Positions 1 to 11,030 of a DNA stretch of 64,000 nucleotides are shown here, one piece after another. This DNA comes from Mytilus californianus (lineage: Eukaryota). The position numbers and the translations under genes are program-made. The DNA lies in assembly GCF_021869535.1 (NCBI RefSeq), contig NW_026262593.1, positions 14,446,001 through 14,510,000 on the forward strand, written 5' to 3'. Below the pieces are notes generated by a model, which did not search any database, was not told the DNA's origin, and was given only the letters and a program-made list of their open reading frames with translations. Numbering within the stretch: position 1 is the stretch's first letter; each line of letters opens with the position of its first letter.

Positions 1-313
1 AGGGAAGTTTACCTCCGTCACATATTCACGTGCCAGTCACCAGTCGGGAACCTAATCAGTGGTCGTCTTAAGGCATATCTCCATGTCTTGATTATTTTGA
101 TGATATTGTTGTAATGGTTCATTGTAAAGATAATATTTACTTCAGTTTTTTTTTATACTTTTATAGAAACAGATTGAAAAATTCATTTTTTTTAAGGTTA
201 AGTCATTGGGTTCCTTTCTTATCGACGTATACCCAACATCCCCTTTTATTCATAATGTAAATCACCTTGATTAGAAAAATATACATGTAACTGACTAAAA
301 GAGTGTTAACAAA

Positions 314-1512
314 TTATTAGGTCTTTCCACTTTTCTGTTGAAAGACCTATTGGTTTTGTTCTGATTATTATTTTTTTCTTCTTCCGCCACATTTTTTTCT
401 TACAGTGTATAGTGGTTTCGCAAGATGTAACTTAGATTTTTTGCATATGATATTGAGCAGTTATTGCGCTTTTGAAACTGACCCTGTTTAATCGAACACT
501 TTTTATTGTAAAGAGTTATCTCCCCAAACATTGTTTTTCTTGTGTGCGCATCTCCTTCGCAACCGTTAAAGATTACGACAAAATTATTTCACCAATTTGC
601 TCGTTATATCCTCAGGATCTTAAGAATAATTATGACCGAAGCGGTCTGGAGACTCCATATGAGAGTTATTTCCCCTTCTCTATTTGAAATAAGTGAAATG
701 TAATTGTAACTGGTAAACCATAAGCGATAGAGACCTAGGGTCTTTGGAATTGAAGTCCTTGGTCCACTAAAAAGAAAATAGGGTCAAGGTCAAAGGTCAA
801 GGTCAGATTCTAAATTTTTGGTTTGGCTTAATATTGCTTCTTTTTTAGAAACCGTATAAGATATCGACAAAATATTTTTACTAAACTGATATTTGCGACA
901 TATCGTAACATACATATTTTGGTTAAAAGAGTGCGTTGACATTTGATAGGAGTTTCCTCCCTTCTAATACTCAAAATAAGCTGCATTGGGATAGAACTCA
1001 TTTCCCTGACATAGCGGAGACTGTGGGTCATTTGATTTGATGTCCTTTATTTATGACCTTGAAATTTAGTTCAAGGTCATAGGTAAAATTGACGTTCTAG
1101 ATTTTGACATTTGCTGTAGATTTCTATTTACACATGATATAGCTTTGGGATCTTTTGCATTAGGTTAGTAGACATATGACATTGAATATGTCAACCAGAA
1201 GTGACCTTTTTTAAACCGGAAGTAGCAATTTATCTCCCTTATTTTAAGCAAAAGTATATGGAAACTATATATTTTTAGAATCAGAGTAAAGTAAGGTATT
1301 ATTTGACACCGCAAGTGACTTTGGTTTTAACCGGAAGTGGCTTATTATCTCCCTTAATTGATTAAAAATGTATATCAAGCATTGTATTTTCAAAATCAGT
1401 GTGCGATAAGCTTTCATTTAAGCCTGGACATACTATTTTTTATCCATATTTTCTTATCTTAAGTGAATTTGAGTTGAAAGACCTTCAATTGTTCTCTGAA
1501 CAATTGGTTTTT
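314..1512 (+). mobile_element. Non-autonomous Helentron/HINE (DINE-1-like) element
   Basis: 5' subTIR AGGTCTTTC (319) with nearby inverted copy GTTGAAAGACCT (338); 3' subTIR GTTGAAAGACCT (1473-1484) followed by stem-loop CAATTGTTC-TCT-GAACAATTG (1486-1506) and a T-run; internal AGGTCA/GACCTT motifs. Confidence 0.7.
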
Positions 1513-1824
1513 AATTATGAATGAAATCATTACTTTCAAAACCCCTTAGGATGATCTATCAAAATAAAATCAGAATTATTTCAACTTTTATATTGACGCA
1601 TGCTGTTGTTATTACAACATAATACTTTTTTCCTCATGGTCCTCATCGGATTCTTTACAAACACATTTCACATAAAAAGGAAAATCTTTAAGAGCCATTA
1701 TTGTGGCCTTACCCAAAAAGATAGTTTTACTACGACTTCTCCGAATTAATAGGTGTACAAACAAACACAAAAAAAAACTAGGTCCAGTTAGCTTGAATAG
1801 GTACAGACACATGATATGGTAGTG

Positions 1825-2045
1825 AATTTTATGCGACTGTCATACAAGTGAGAGGTTTAGCTAGCATTAAAACCTGGTTAAATCCATCATTTTCTACATA
1901 AGAAAATGCCTGTACCGAGTCAGGAATATGACAGTTGTTTTCCATTTGTTTGTTGTGTTTGATTTTTTGATTTTGCCAATTGTTAAGGGATTATTCCGCT
2001 TTGAATTTTCCTTGGAGTTCGGTATTTTTGTTGTTTTACTTTTCA
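1825..2045 (+). mobile_element. Interspersed repeat family C (ATGCGACTGTCATACAAGTGAGAGGTTTAGCTAGC...)
   Basis: Colinear copies at about 50155-50365(+) and 41915-42070(-). Confidence 0.85.
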
Positions 2046-2343
2046 AAAACCAGTTTCACGTGCTTACAAACCTCCCCTTTTTGCACGTGTGGACAATATA
2101 CCGTAGAGGTAAAACACACAATAAAAACCCCGAACAGGACAACTTCCAACATGCCGATTGAACAAGAGACGACACATAACTTGGATAACAAGGTCAAAAT
2201 GTAGGTCAAAATGTGCTCGGTATTTACTCACAGGAAGCAGACTTAGGTAGTCACATTGGCAATCAAACTTAAATTTTTTTGAGGTAAAATTATCGAAATA
2301 TTCATTATTAAGCTGAGGACAACCCATGCTTTGCAAATTTTAG

Positions 2344-2410
2344 AGGGGGGGGGGGGGGGGGGGGGGGGGGGGTGCACGGCCGCAACGCCCCCGCCTGAAT
2401 CTGCCCCTGT
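2344..2410. repeat. Poly-G tract (about 29 nt) followed by a GC-rich end (..CTGAATCTGCCCCTG)
   Basis: Homopolymer is visible directly; further homopolymers at about 9067-9091 (C) and 52906-52925 (G). Confidence 0.8.
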
Positions 2411-5400
2411 TCATAAATGTACGGAGTTATAAGGCCTACTGTAAAGCATATACGAACAAAAATTAAAAAACAAATATTGATATATCTGACATCTTGCAAA
2501 CATCTCGAATTGTTATTGGATAAACTTATCCCGATTCCAAGAGCAAAATCGGTTATTTTACCTACAGTTTTCTTATGGTTTTTAACCGGCACACAAGGGA
2601 TACTCTTATTCTTCAAGACACAGATTTTATTTTCCGAAACACTTCTGTTTTTTCATTAATTAATGATATAATGTTTCCTATAAATATGAGGTTTCAATTA
2701 AATTTTGGCTAATAAGTCTTGACAATAACAACAACACCAAAAAAAAAAAAACAAAAAAAAATAAAACAAACAATAACAAACACAAAACACACAAAAACAC
2801 CAGCGTTATTGTGCAGAGCGGGAGTTCTAATGGAAGAGGACGTCCTTGTGACCATTTGCAATCACTGACAGTTTACCCATGCAAACGGATTGGTTGTAAC
2901 TAATAGCAGATGTCATACTTTAGTTTGCATATCTTCGATGTCTAAGCTCAATATCAGCGGATACACTGATTTTTAGAGCAGGGTAGTTACGCATTTAGGA
3001 ATTGCCTTTCTCACATATCAATGCATTGTATAAGGATGAAATAAAGAAATGAATAATACGGATCAAACCCGTTATATTGCTTTCTCCGTGTACGATTCTT
3101 TACCTCTGTGGAATTTCCTGATTTTATTTACCATATAAAGATGGTTAAAAGCGGTTACCTGAGGGCAGTAAACAACCCATTATAAATTATGAAGCTATCA
3201 TTAAGAAAAATCCTAACTCACATTAAATCTATTGTGTAATCAAACACTTAAAGCTGAAGTGCAAATAGCGAAGGTTAATTGGTGATCATATCAGGATAAT
3301 AAATGTCGTGATAAGAACAAATATGTTGTCAACAATATACAGCATTAACGAAGAAGGAATACATTCACTGTTCCATATAATGGAATAGCTATCCTTTGCC
3401 TACATAATGAAGTTTATTACTTCATGGCTTGGAGAAGAGTTGAAATGCGAGACTTGGTGATAATTCGCCTAGTTAACACATACGAATGATCTTCCAAACA
3501 ATGCACGGTTTGTATAATCCGTTCTGAAAACCAGAACACTGTCTAGACCATTACAATATTCAACCACAATTATCAGCTGATACATTTATTATGCTTATCA
3601 AAATGTTCAATACAAAAACTTTCACGTATTTGAAAGCAGTTAGACATTATATATGGATCCCAACCCCTTTTAAGAAGCTAAACAATATGTGCACCAAGTA
3701 GACACTTGAAAGCATATAAATAACACTTTTTTTAACATGCATTCTATAAAAAATGCAAATACACGAATATTGACTTTTGTGCAATAGTCAGTCTTTAGCT
3801 CCTTTTTAAGACTCCCAATAACGTGTCGCAGGACATCAAAGATATTGTGACAAATACAGATCATTTATATCGTCTTATGTCGGCCGTTTCATACTATTAA
3901 TCTGCAACTCCTTGAAAACGGCTTAAATCTACGTCATTTAGTCTCAATTGGATAGTTTCTCATTGGTAATCATACCATATTCTAATTTTTATATAGACTA
4001 ACTTTAATCAGTCTTGCACAAATTCTTCCACATGACATATCGTCGTTAGTTTTGATTTAAGTTGTGGGTTTCCCTATATAAAAACATATATAAACACACA
4101 TCTTCCTTTAAAAACTCAGAAAATTTTATTGGGCTCTTTCCTTTAAATCATTACTTCGTAAAAGCTTCTTCATTAGAAACAATTATTTACACTGCATATT
4201 CCTTGCCTGAAGGCAACAGTATTCGTATTTAAATTTAACGAATAAAAAAGTATCATGAATATGAATTGAGTGTCCGAAATTCTTGTATATTATAAAAAGT
4301 TTTTATATGAATATTTCTGGCCTTCAAGGCAACATTCATCAAATTTGAATTCAAAGCATTAAACATTTTTATGAACTTAAATAGAATGAAGATGAATTAT
4401 TATATGAATCAATAATTTTTTAACACATAATTACATATATAATTCAGTGCGAAAGCATGTTACACAACTCAGGGAGAGAGAATCGCTAATCTTAGTATAC
4501 AAAGTGCGAATTAAATAATGAAGTATTTTGTTAACAGATCATTGCAATACAACTTGAGTTTAATTGTTACAAACTTTCAAAGGAGAATCGTTTTATATAA
4601 TTTTCCAAATTTTCTATACTTTTCACCCAAAAGACATGCAGGCAAATAAAAATTAAGTGCGGTAAACCCCCTCTGTGGTCCTTTTAAAAGGAAATTTCGA
4701 CAGGAGACTAAACTCGACTCGTTCAAAGAAAGGATTCACCTAAACAAAAGAGAAACTGTCATACAATTTTCGAAGCATACGCGGTTATAAGAATATAAGT
4801 TATGTATAGATCTACTCAATGCGCAATTGTATATCACATTTTGGCTTAATATACTCAAGGACAACTGACGATAAATTTTCATGAATTGTTGACCTATATA
4901 TACAATATAAATACACTGTAAAAAAATATGGAAATTAATTGTACGAGTTTTAAGAACATAAAATCGAGACTCACCGGTCTTTTCTCTTACTCCGTAGCAG
5001 GTACAGATGAATAAGATTTCCAACAATGTCAGTTATCTGTTTTATCGTGCAATATAAAATTAAAGATTAAACCTGTTTCAGTCATTGTCCTTTTGAAGAA
5101 AAACGTGAAGTGGCCGTTGATGATTCTAATCTGTTTTTTTTTAATATTATTTTACAATTTGGTAAATTTTCACTATATTTCAAGTATATATGGGGAAAAC
5201 ATACCGAGAGAAAAAATACAAATATCTGTGTAAAAATTACATCGGCCAAATGTACCTTACGATGAATAGTTTTTAGACCCTAACACTGATTATTGAGAAG
5301 AACTATTTTGATCTGAACAGCTGTTAAAAGACTGAACAATTAATAGCAATTCTTTGTAACCTCCAACCAAGTTGCGGCACGCATTGTCTCAGATTTTTTT

Positions 5401-6649
5401 GAAATTTTGTTTGTGGGTAGCTATCGACAAACATAATTAAAATATATTGATAAAAAAATTGCTTATGTCGTCGTTGCCATGGTTACGGGTCCCCTTGGAT
5501 TTTGGCTCAAAATTGCATTTTTTTAGGTAGAAAAATTACCATTTTCAAGCAGTTATCATGCAACACATTTCAATTTTGATGAATATTGTAACATTTGTCC
5601 ATCAATTTATAACATTTAATTAGTTAGATAAAAGATGAAAAATAATTCTGATGAAAAGGGGGAGAAGGTGACAACACACACAAAGGGAGTTTTGATCGAA
5701 TTCAAGAAGGCAGATTATAGGCATTTTGCATGAACTAATTACACACTTTTGTATCCACACCCATTAACATTGAAGTTATTAATGTAAACTAACACTGTTG
5801 CCTAGTAATAATTTATAACTAAAGGTGTGGAATTCAGGTCGCTAGGGTGGTTGCTAAGGGAACCTAAAAGTGAAATTTTTGTTATTTTGTAAAATAATGT
5901 TTACCTTGTTATTAAAATATCTCATAAACTATGACAGATATAGGATAAAAATCAATTGAAAAATGTTGCGTTTTCAATGACCCTAAGTTTGGTCTAAAGG
6001 TAAAAGGTTATTGATGACCTTGACCTTTGACGTTGAGAATTTTTTATTAGATTTTGTCAGAAATGGTTACAAAAATACCATACCTTGAATAGAAAAAATG
6101 TTCAGAACGATTATTGCTTTTATTTGGTAACAAGGTTAAATGCAAGAGGTCAAGATCATGTCAAAAGTTCTAAGCAACAACCCTTACTTCACATAAAAAT
6201 ACCTAGCATCCATACATATTTGGGTTCAGACTAATATGAACTGTTATATATATCCTTACTGAAAGGTGAGGGATCAATATCGTTACCAAAGACTTAAGTA
6301 GCTATTCTCATATAGTTGGAAAATGACAATCATCAATGTTTTGATCCCTTGTGACAAAATATCCCTTGTAATCAAATGTTATTAAACCTAACAGTAATAA
6401 TGCATAGACCATATTATGTTGACACCTGATAAACATTATGGCTGGCACAGGTAAAAATGGAAGACTGAAATTAAAACGATAGTTCTTGGCTTAATTTATC
6501 GGTATATTATGGTCGGTAGGTGTTGATCTATCTTAAAGTTTTCAGAACAGAAATTAAATGTCAGCTTTAAGCAAATTCTACGGTTATTTTACTTCAAAAC
6601 TATTTAAATAGAAAATCACAAAAATACTTGAAATGACTTTAAACGACGA

Positions 6650-6890
6650 TTTTTACCCAGTCTGTTGGCCTGGCCTACAGGGCAAATACAGCTTTTCTTA
6701 TCTCTTGCCATCCACCATCTTCGCCTGTAAACTTGTGCAAAAGTCTGGTTCTCTGCAATTACTGGGCAAATTGGAACCAAAACTTATCATTCTTATGATA
6801 TGCAGATAAAAAAAAATATCTGAAGGGACAAAGTTGTATCAATTTTACGCAAACATACCAGGTGAATCATACAGCATCCTTGGGGCCTCG
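6650..6890 (+). mobile_element. Degenerate HINE-like 5' end
   Basis: T-run then ...ggcctggcc...gggcaaatacagctt.., resembling the reverse complement of the 9270-9322 end. Confidence 0.35.
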
Positions 6891-7579
6891 GATAGAAAGT
6901 AATTTAGCGTATATAAGTTCTTGAAACTGCAATAAATCGAGAAAGACTTTAGCCAGACAAGATCTACAAGAAAGTCAAATCTGGCATGAATCTTCAGCCA
7001 ATTCCCCCCTTCTAATGATTGTTGTAGCCTTTGTGCTAAAACTCGTGGTCGATAAAAAGAAACTGTACACAGCTAAAACAAGCAGCAAACACAAGATGTT
7101 GGAAAACTATAAAACACAGATTAAGTGTTTTAACGAAAGCAATATTAGATAGAGTAAATTGTAATAAGCAACAATGTTCAACAAAATAAGATCTACAAAT
7201 AAGTCAATTGACAATCGACACATATTTCCATTCAAAGTCAGTTATTAAAAAATGTTTTAGTAAACGAGTAACTATAACAAGTAAGAATAGGCAGATACCT
7301 ATATTTTGGCATTGCACAAGGTCATGTTTTTCTCTGATTGTTAATAACGTTTTTACACTAAATCCATTGGATGTTGGATATGTACTGATTGATATTTAGT
7401 CTTAGATACATGATTTTTTTTAGTTGTTATTGGCTTTGAACTAGCTGCCAGTAACTGCGAGTACTCACATATCTATACTTAGTGTCTTTTTTGTTGTTAG
7501 AGATGAGGGATGGATAAATACCCTGCCACGTCCGGTCTGTGTTTTTGTTCGAAGTTTTTTCTGCTTTGTATCGATATGA

Positions 7580-7985
7580 TGAGATAAGCCATTTTCTACT
7601 GATTTTTATAGTTTGTTCTTATGTTGTGCTGTTACACCACTGTCCCACGTTAGGGGAGGGTTGAGCGCTCACAAACATGTTTAACCCCGCCACATTCTTT
7701 ATGTGCCTGTCCCAAGTCAGGAGCCTGTAGTTCAGTGGTTGTCGTTGGTTCATGTCTGTCATATTTGTTTTTGGTAAATTGTTTTGTTATACATTAGGCC
7801 GTTAGTTTTCTCTATTGAATTGTTTCATATTTTTCATGTCGGGGCCTTTTAAAGCCGACTATACGGTATGGGTTTTTTCTCGTTGTTGAAGGCCGTACTG
7901 CTGCCTATAATTGCTTATATCCACTTCAATTAATCTTTGGTGGATAGTTTTCTCATTGGCAATCATACCACATCTCTGTATTTTT
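7580..7985 (+). mobile_element. Interspersed repeat family A (unclassified), ending CTCATTGGCAATCATACCACATCT
   Basis: Homologous copies in this window at about 14190-14550(+), 22360-22785(+), 28200-28725(+), 15005-15300(-), 25130-25210(-), 41790-41860(-), 50900-51085(-), 63100-63270(-); terminal-motif-only copies at about 3950, 15530, 31810 and 36715. Confidence 0.85.
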
Positions 7986-8311
7986 ATAAGAATAAAGATC
8001 TTTATATTAATTGTCATATTAATCAGAATCGACTCATTATTGAAGTTTTTGTTCTCATTTAAAATAACAATATTTCTTTAATTTAGAAAAAACAGAAATA
8101 TGGAATCGTATAAAATGCTCGGACGGCAAATATAAAATGACATTGATTCAATACAATCAGAGCCGGTTAAATATTACTCCGAGTTGTTTAGCATACACAT
8201 TCATTTACCAACAATTGCAATTATCAACATAAGTTAATTTTATAGTTTATATTTTATACATATTTATATTACATACTTACGAAAGCCTATTAGGGTCACA
8301 AAAAAAATATT

Positions 8312-8712
8312 TTTATCTCGTAATTACGAAAAAACTATCGCGTAAATACGTGATAATTATCTCGTTATTACGCGATAATTATCGCGTAATTACGAGATAA
8401 TCATTGTTTTATCTCGTAATTACGAGATAATCATAGTTTTATCTCGTAATTACGAGATAATTATCTTGTAATTACGAGATAATTATCGCGTAATTACGAG
8501 ATAATTATCGCGTAATTACGAGAAAACTATCGCGTAATTACGAGATAAGAAGTTTTTAATCTCGTAATTACGAGATAATTATCGCGTAATTACGAGATAA
8601 CTATCGCGTAATTACGAGATAATTTTCGCGTAAATACGAGATAACTATCGCGTAATTACGAGATAAATATCGCGTAATTACGAGAAAACTATCTCGTTAT
8701 TACGAGATAAAA
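8312..8712. repeat. Palindromic satellite array, left arm; monomer about 21 bp built on ATCTCGTAATTACGAGAT
   Basis: About 18 consecutive self-complementary monomers with spacers such as AATT and AAAACT. Confidence 0.92.
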
Positions 8713-8724
8713 ATTCATTTGGCC

Positions 8725-9322
8725 AAGTAGATTAAGAGGAGAAAGGTTTTTGTTAAAAATAAAAAAAAATTTACTTAATTGCAGAAATGACTTTAAAGGG
8801 CAATAACTCCTTAAGGGATCAATTGACAATTTTGGTCATTTGACTTATTTGTAGATCTTACTTGGCTAAACATTTTTGCTCATACAGTTTATATCTTTCT
8901 ATTATGATATTCAAGATAATAACCAAAAACTGAAAAATAATCATTAGAATTACCAATTCAGGGGCAGCATCCCAACAACGGGAAGTCTGATTCGTCTGAA
9001 AATTTTTACCCTGTCATATTTGCTCTAAATGCTTTAGTTTCAAAGATATAAACCATAAACTACATTTACCCCCCCCCCCCCCCCCCCCCCCGCCCATGTT
9101 CGATTTTTAGCCATGGTGGCTATCTTGGTTGGTGGACGGGGTCTTTGGATACATTTTTTAAAACTAGAAACCCTAAGGATGATTAAGGCCAAGTTTGGTT
9201 CAATTTGGCCAAGTGGTTTCAGAGGTGAAGATTTTTGTAAAAGTTAACGGACGACGACGGACGACGGACGCCATGTGATGGGAAAAGATCACTTGACCCT
9301 TTGGGTTAGTTGAGCTAATAAA
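8725..9322 (-). mobile_element. Helentron/HINE-like (pearl-type) element, truncated, with internal poly-C
   Basis: (GACG)n microsatellite at about 9250-9272 next to a subTIR-like end (...ttgagctaataaaa); body resembles abundant bivalve HINE repeats (recall). Confidence 0.6.
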
Positions 9323-9402
9323 AACGGGCGTTTTATCAGGTGCCCCGGAAGGGTAATCATGATCTGTATATCTATATATATATATATATATATATATGTA
9401 AT

Positions 9403-9575
9403 TTTATCTCGTAATTACGAGATAGTTTTCTCGTAATTACGAAATAGTTTTCTCGTAATTACGAGATAATTTTCTCGTAATTACGAGATAATTTTCTCGT
9501 AATTACGTAATTACGAGATAAAAAATGATTTTCTCGTAATTACGCGATAGTTTTCTCGTAATTACGAGAAAATGA
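9403..9575. repeat. Palindromic satellite array, right arm, inverted relative to the left arm
   Basis: Same monomer, but spacers read GATAGTTTTCTC, the reverse complement of GAGAAAACTATC in the left arm. Confidence 0.9.
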
Positions 9576-10732
9576 TCATTCTGTCCACACAAAAGCTCTT
9601 GCTCAAAAGCCCAACCCTAACCAAACAAATAGATTGGTTGTGTTCAATCGAGTCAGTGTAATTCAACAAGTCGGTACATACAATGTGTGTTCTTCAAAGG
9701 CATTACTAATTTAAAGAAATCTGCATGTTTGATATCAAATTTTTTCTGATTTTTGTCTCAATGAAACCGAAAATATATTGTTGCCAAGCACTTTTCTAAT
9801 ATAAATAAATGGTTGTATGGCAACTTTCCACTATAAATAAATGGTTGCTAGGCACTTTTGCACTATAAATGAATGGTTGCTGAGGAATAGTGTGATAACA
9901 TTCACCCCTGACCTTGGTCTATGTAGTAATCCATACAGTCCTGTATTAAATAAGGGTGGTTGATAAGCACTTTTGACAAGACCTTGACTTCTTACTGTTG
10001 ACCTGTAAACAAAACAGTGGCTTTAATCATCCTGAACATTTTCCTCACGTATTGTTTGCTTTTTTCTATTATATTTTTCGTACAAAATTCAATTCATGTA
10101 CGCAAGGTCAAAGGTCAAGGTCATCTATGATCTTTGACCTCGGGTTAAATTGAAGGTCATTTAATGCTCAATAGTTTCCACATCATAGTCATTCAATTGT
10201 AATAATTGTTTCCGGGTAATCTTGATAACATGGTTGAATTTCTGAAGAAAATCCAAAATTGACACATTTTGGTTTCCATTGCAACCATCCTAGCACCCTG
10301 AATCCCAAATATTTTGTTGTAAATTATCGACTAGAAACATTGATACTTTATATGTATTACCTCAACTTAAATGGAGGTGGATGCATAACTGTATTTTTTG
10401 TTCATGCTAAATGTGTATAATTTGCCTTCACAAATGCAATGAAAAATTACCTCTGCTCCTGCGGTGACAATATTCAGCCAAAATATTATTTGTATATGAC
10501 ATTGCTGTTATGATTGTTAAGAATCATGCTTCTGAAAAATATTAACAAATATCATAAAATAAAATCTGGTTTTGTTTTAGAATGCATGCTTAAATACCCC
10601 AAAATGTACAGGAAAACTCATTGACTTGGCAACCGTGGCCTAGAAGCACTTTGGGAGGCTTTTTTCTTACCTTTTCACCTAATCATATCGTCAGACTAAG
10701 TTTCAGGAAAATCGGTGATTATGCGTGTCATT

Positions 10733-11030
10733 GAACAGTACTGAATTTACTGCAAGCGAGATGTCTGAATAGTACTAAATTGACTGCAAGTGAGCTGTCG
10801 GAACAGTACTGAATTGACTGCAAGCGAGATGTCTGAACAGTACTGAATTGACTGCAAGCGAGATGTGTGAACAGTACTGAATTGACTGCAAGTGAGCTGT
10901 CGGAACAGTACTGAATTGACTGCAAGCGAGATGTCTGAACAGTACTGAATTGACTGCAAGTGAGATGTCTGAACAGTACCTAATTTACTGAATGCGAATG
11001 GTCTGAACTGAACTGAATTAACCGCAATGG
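10733..11030. repeat. 34-bp minisatellite, about 8.5 copies (GAACAGTACTGAATTGACTGCAAGCGAGATGTCT)
   Basis: Direct period of 34 (TGCAAG at 10751, 10785 and onward). Confidence 0.93.

Noticed and set aside
2308-2616. ORF with a poly-Pro run
   Set aside because: The poly-Pro is the reverse read of a G homopolymer.
10728-10959. Track ORFs MQSIQYCSD...
   Set aside because: Translations of the 34-bp minisatellite; no splice context or domain.
10733-11030. CRISPR array (34-bp repeat; likewise the 32-, 24-, 61- and 66-bp arrays)
   Set aside because: Units are contiguous with no unique spacers, no cas genes are present, and the context is a spliced eukaryotic genome.
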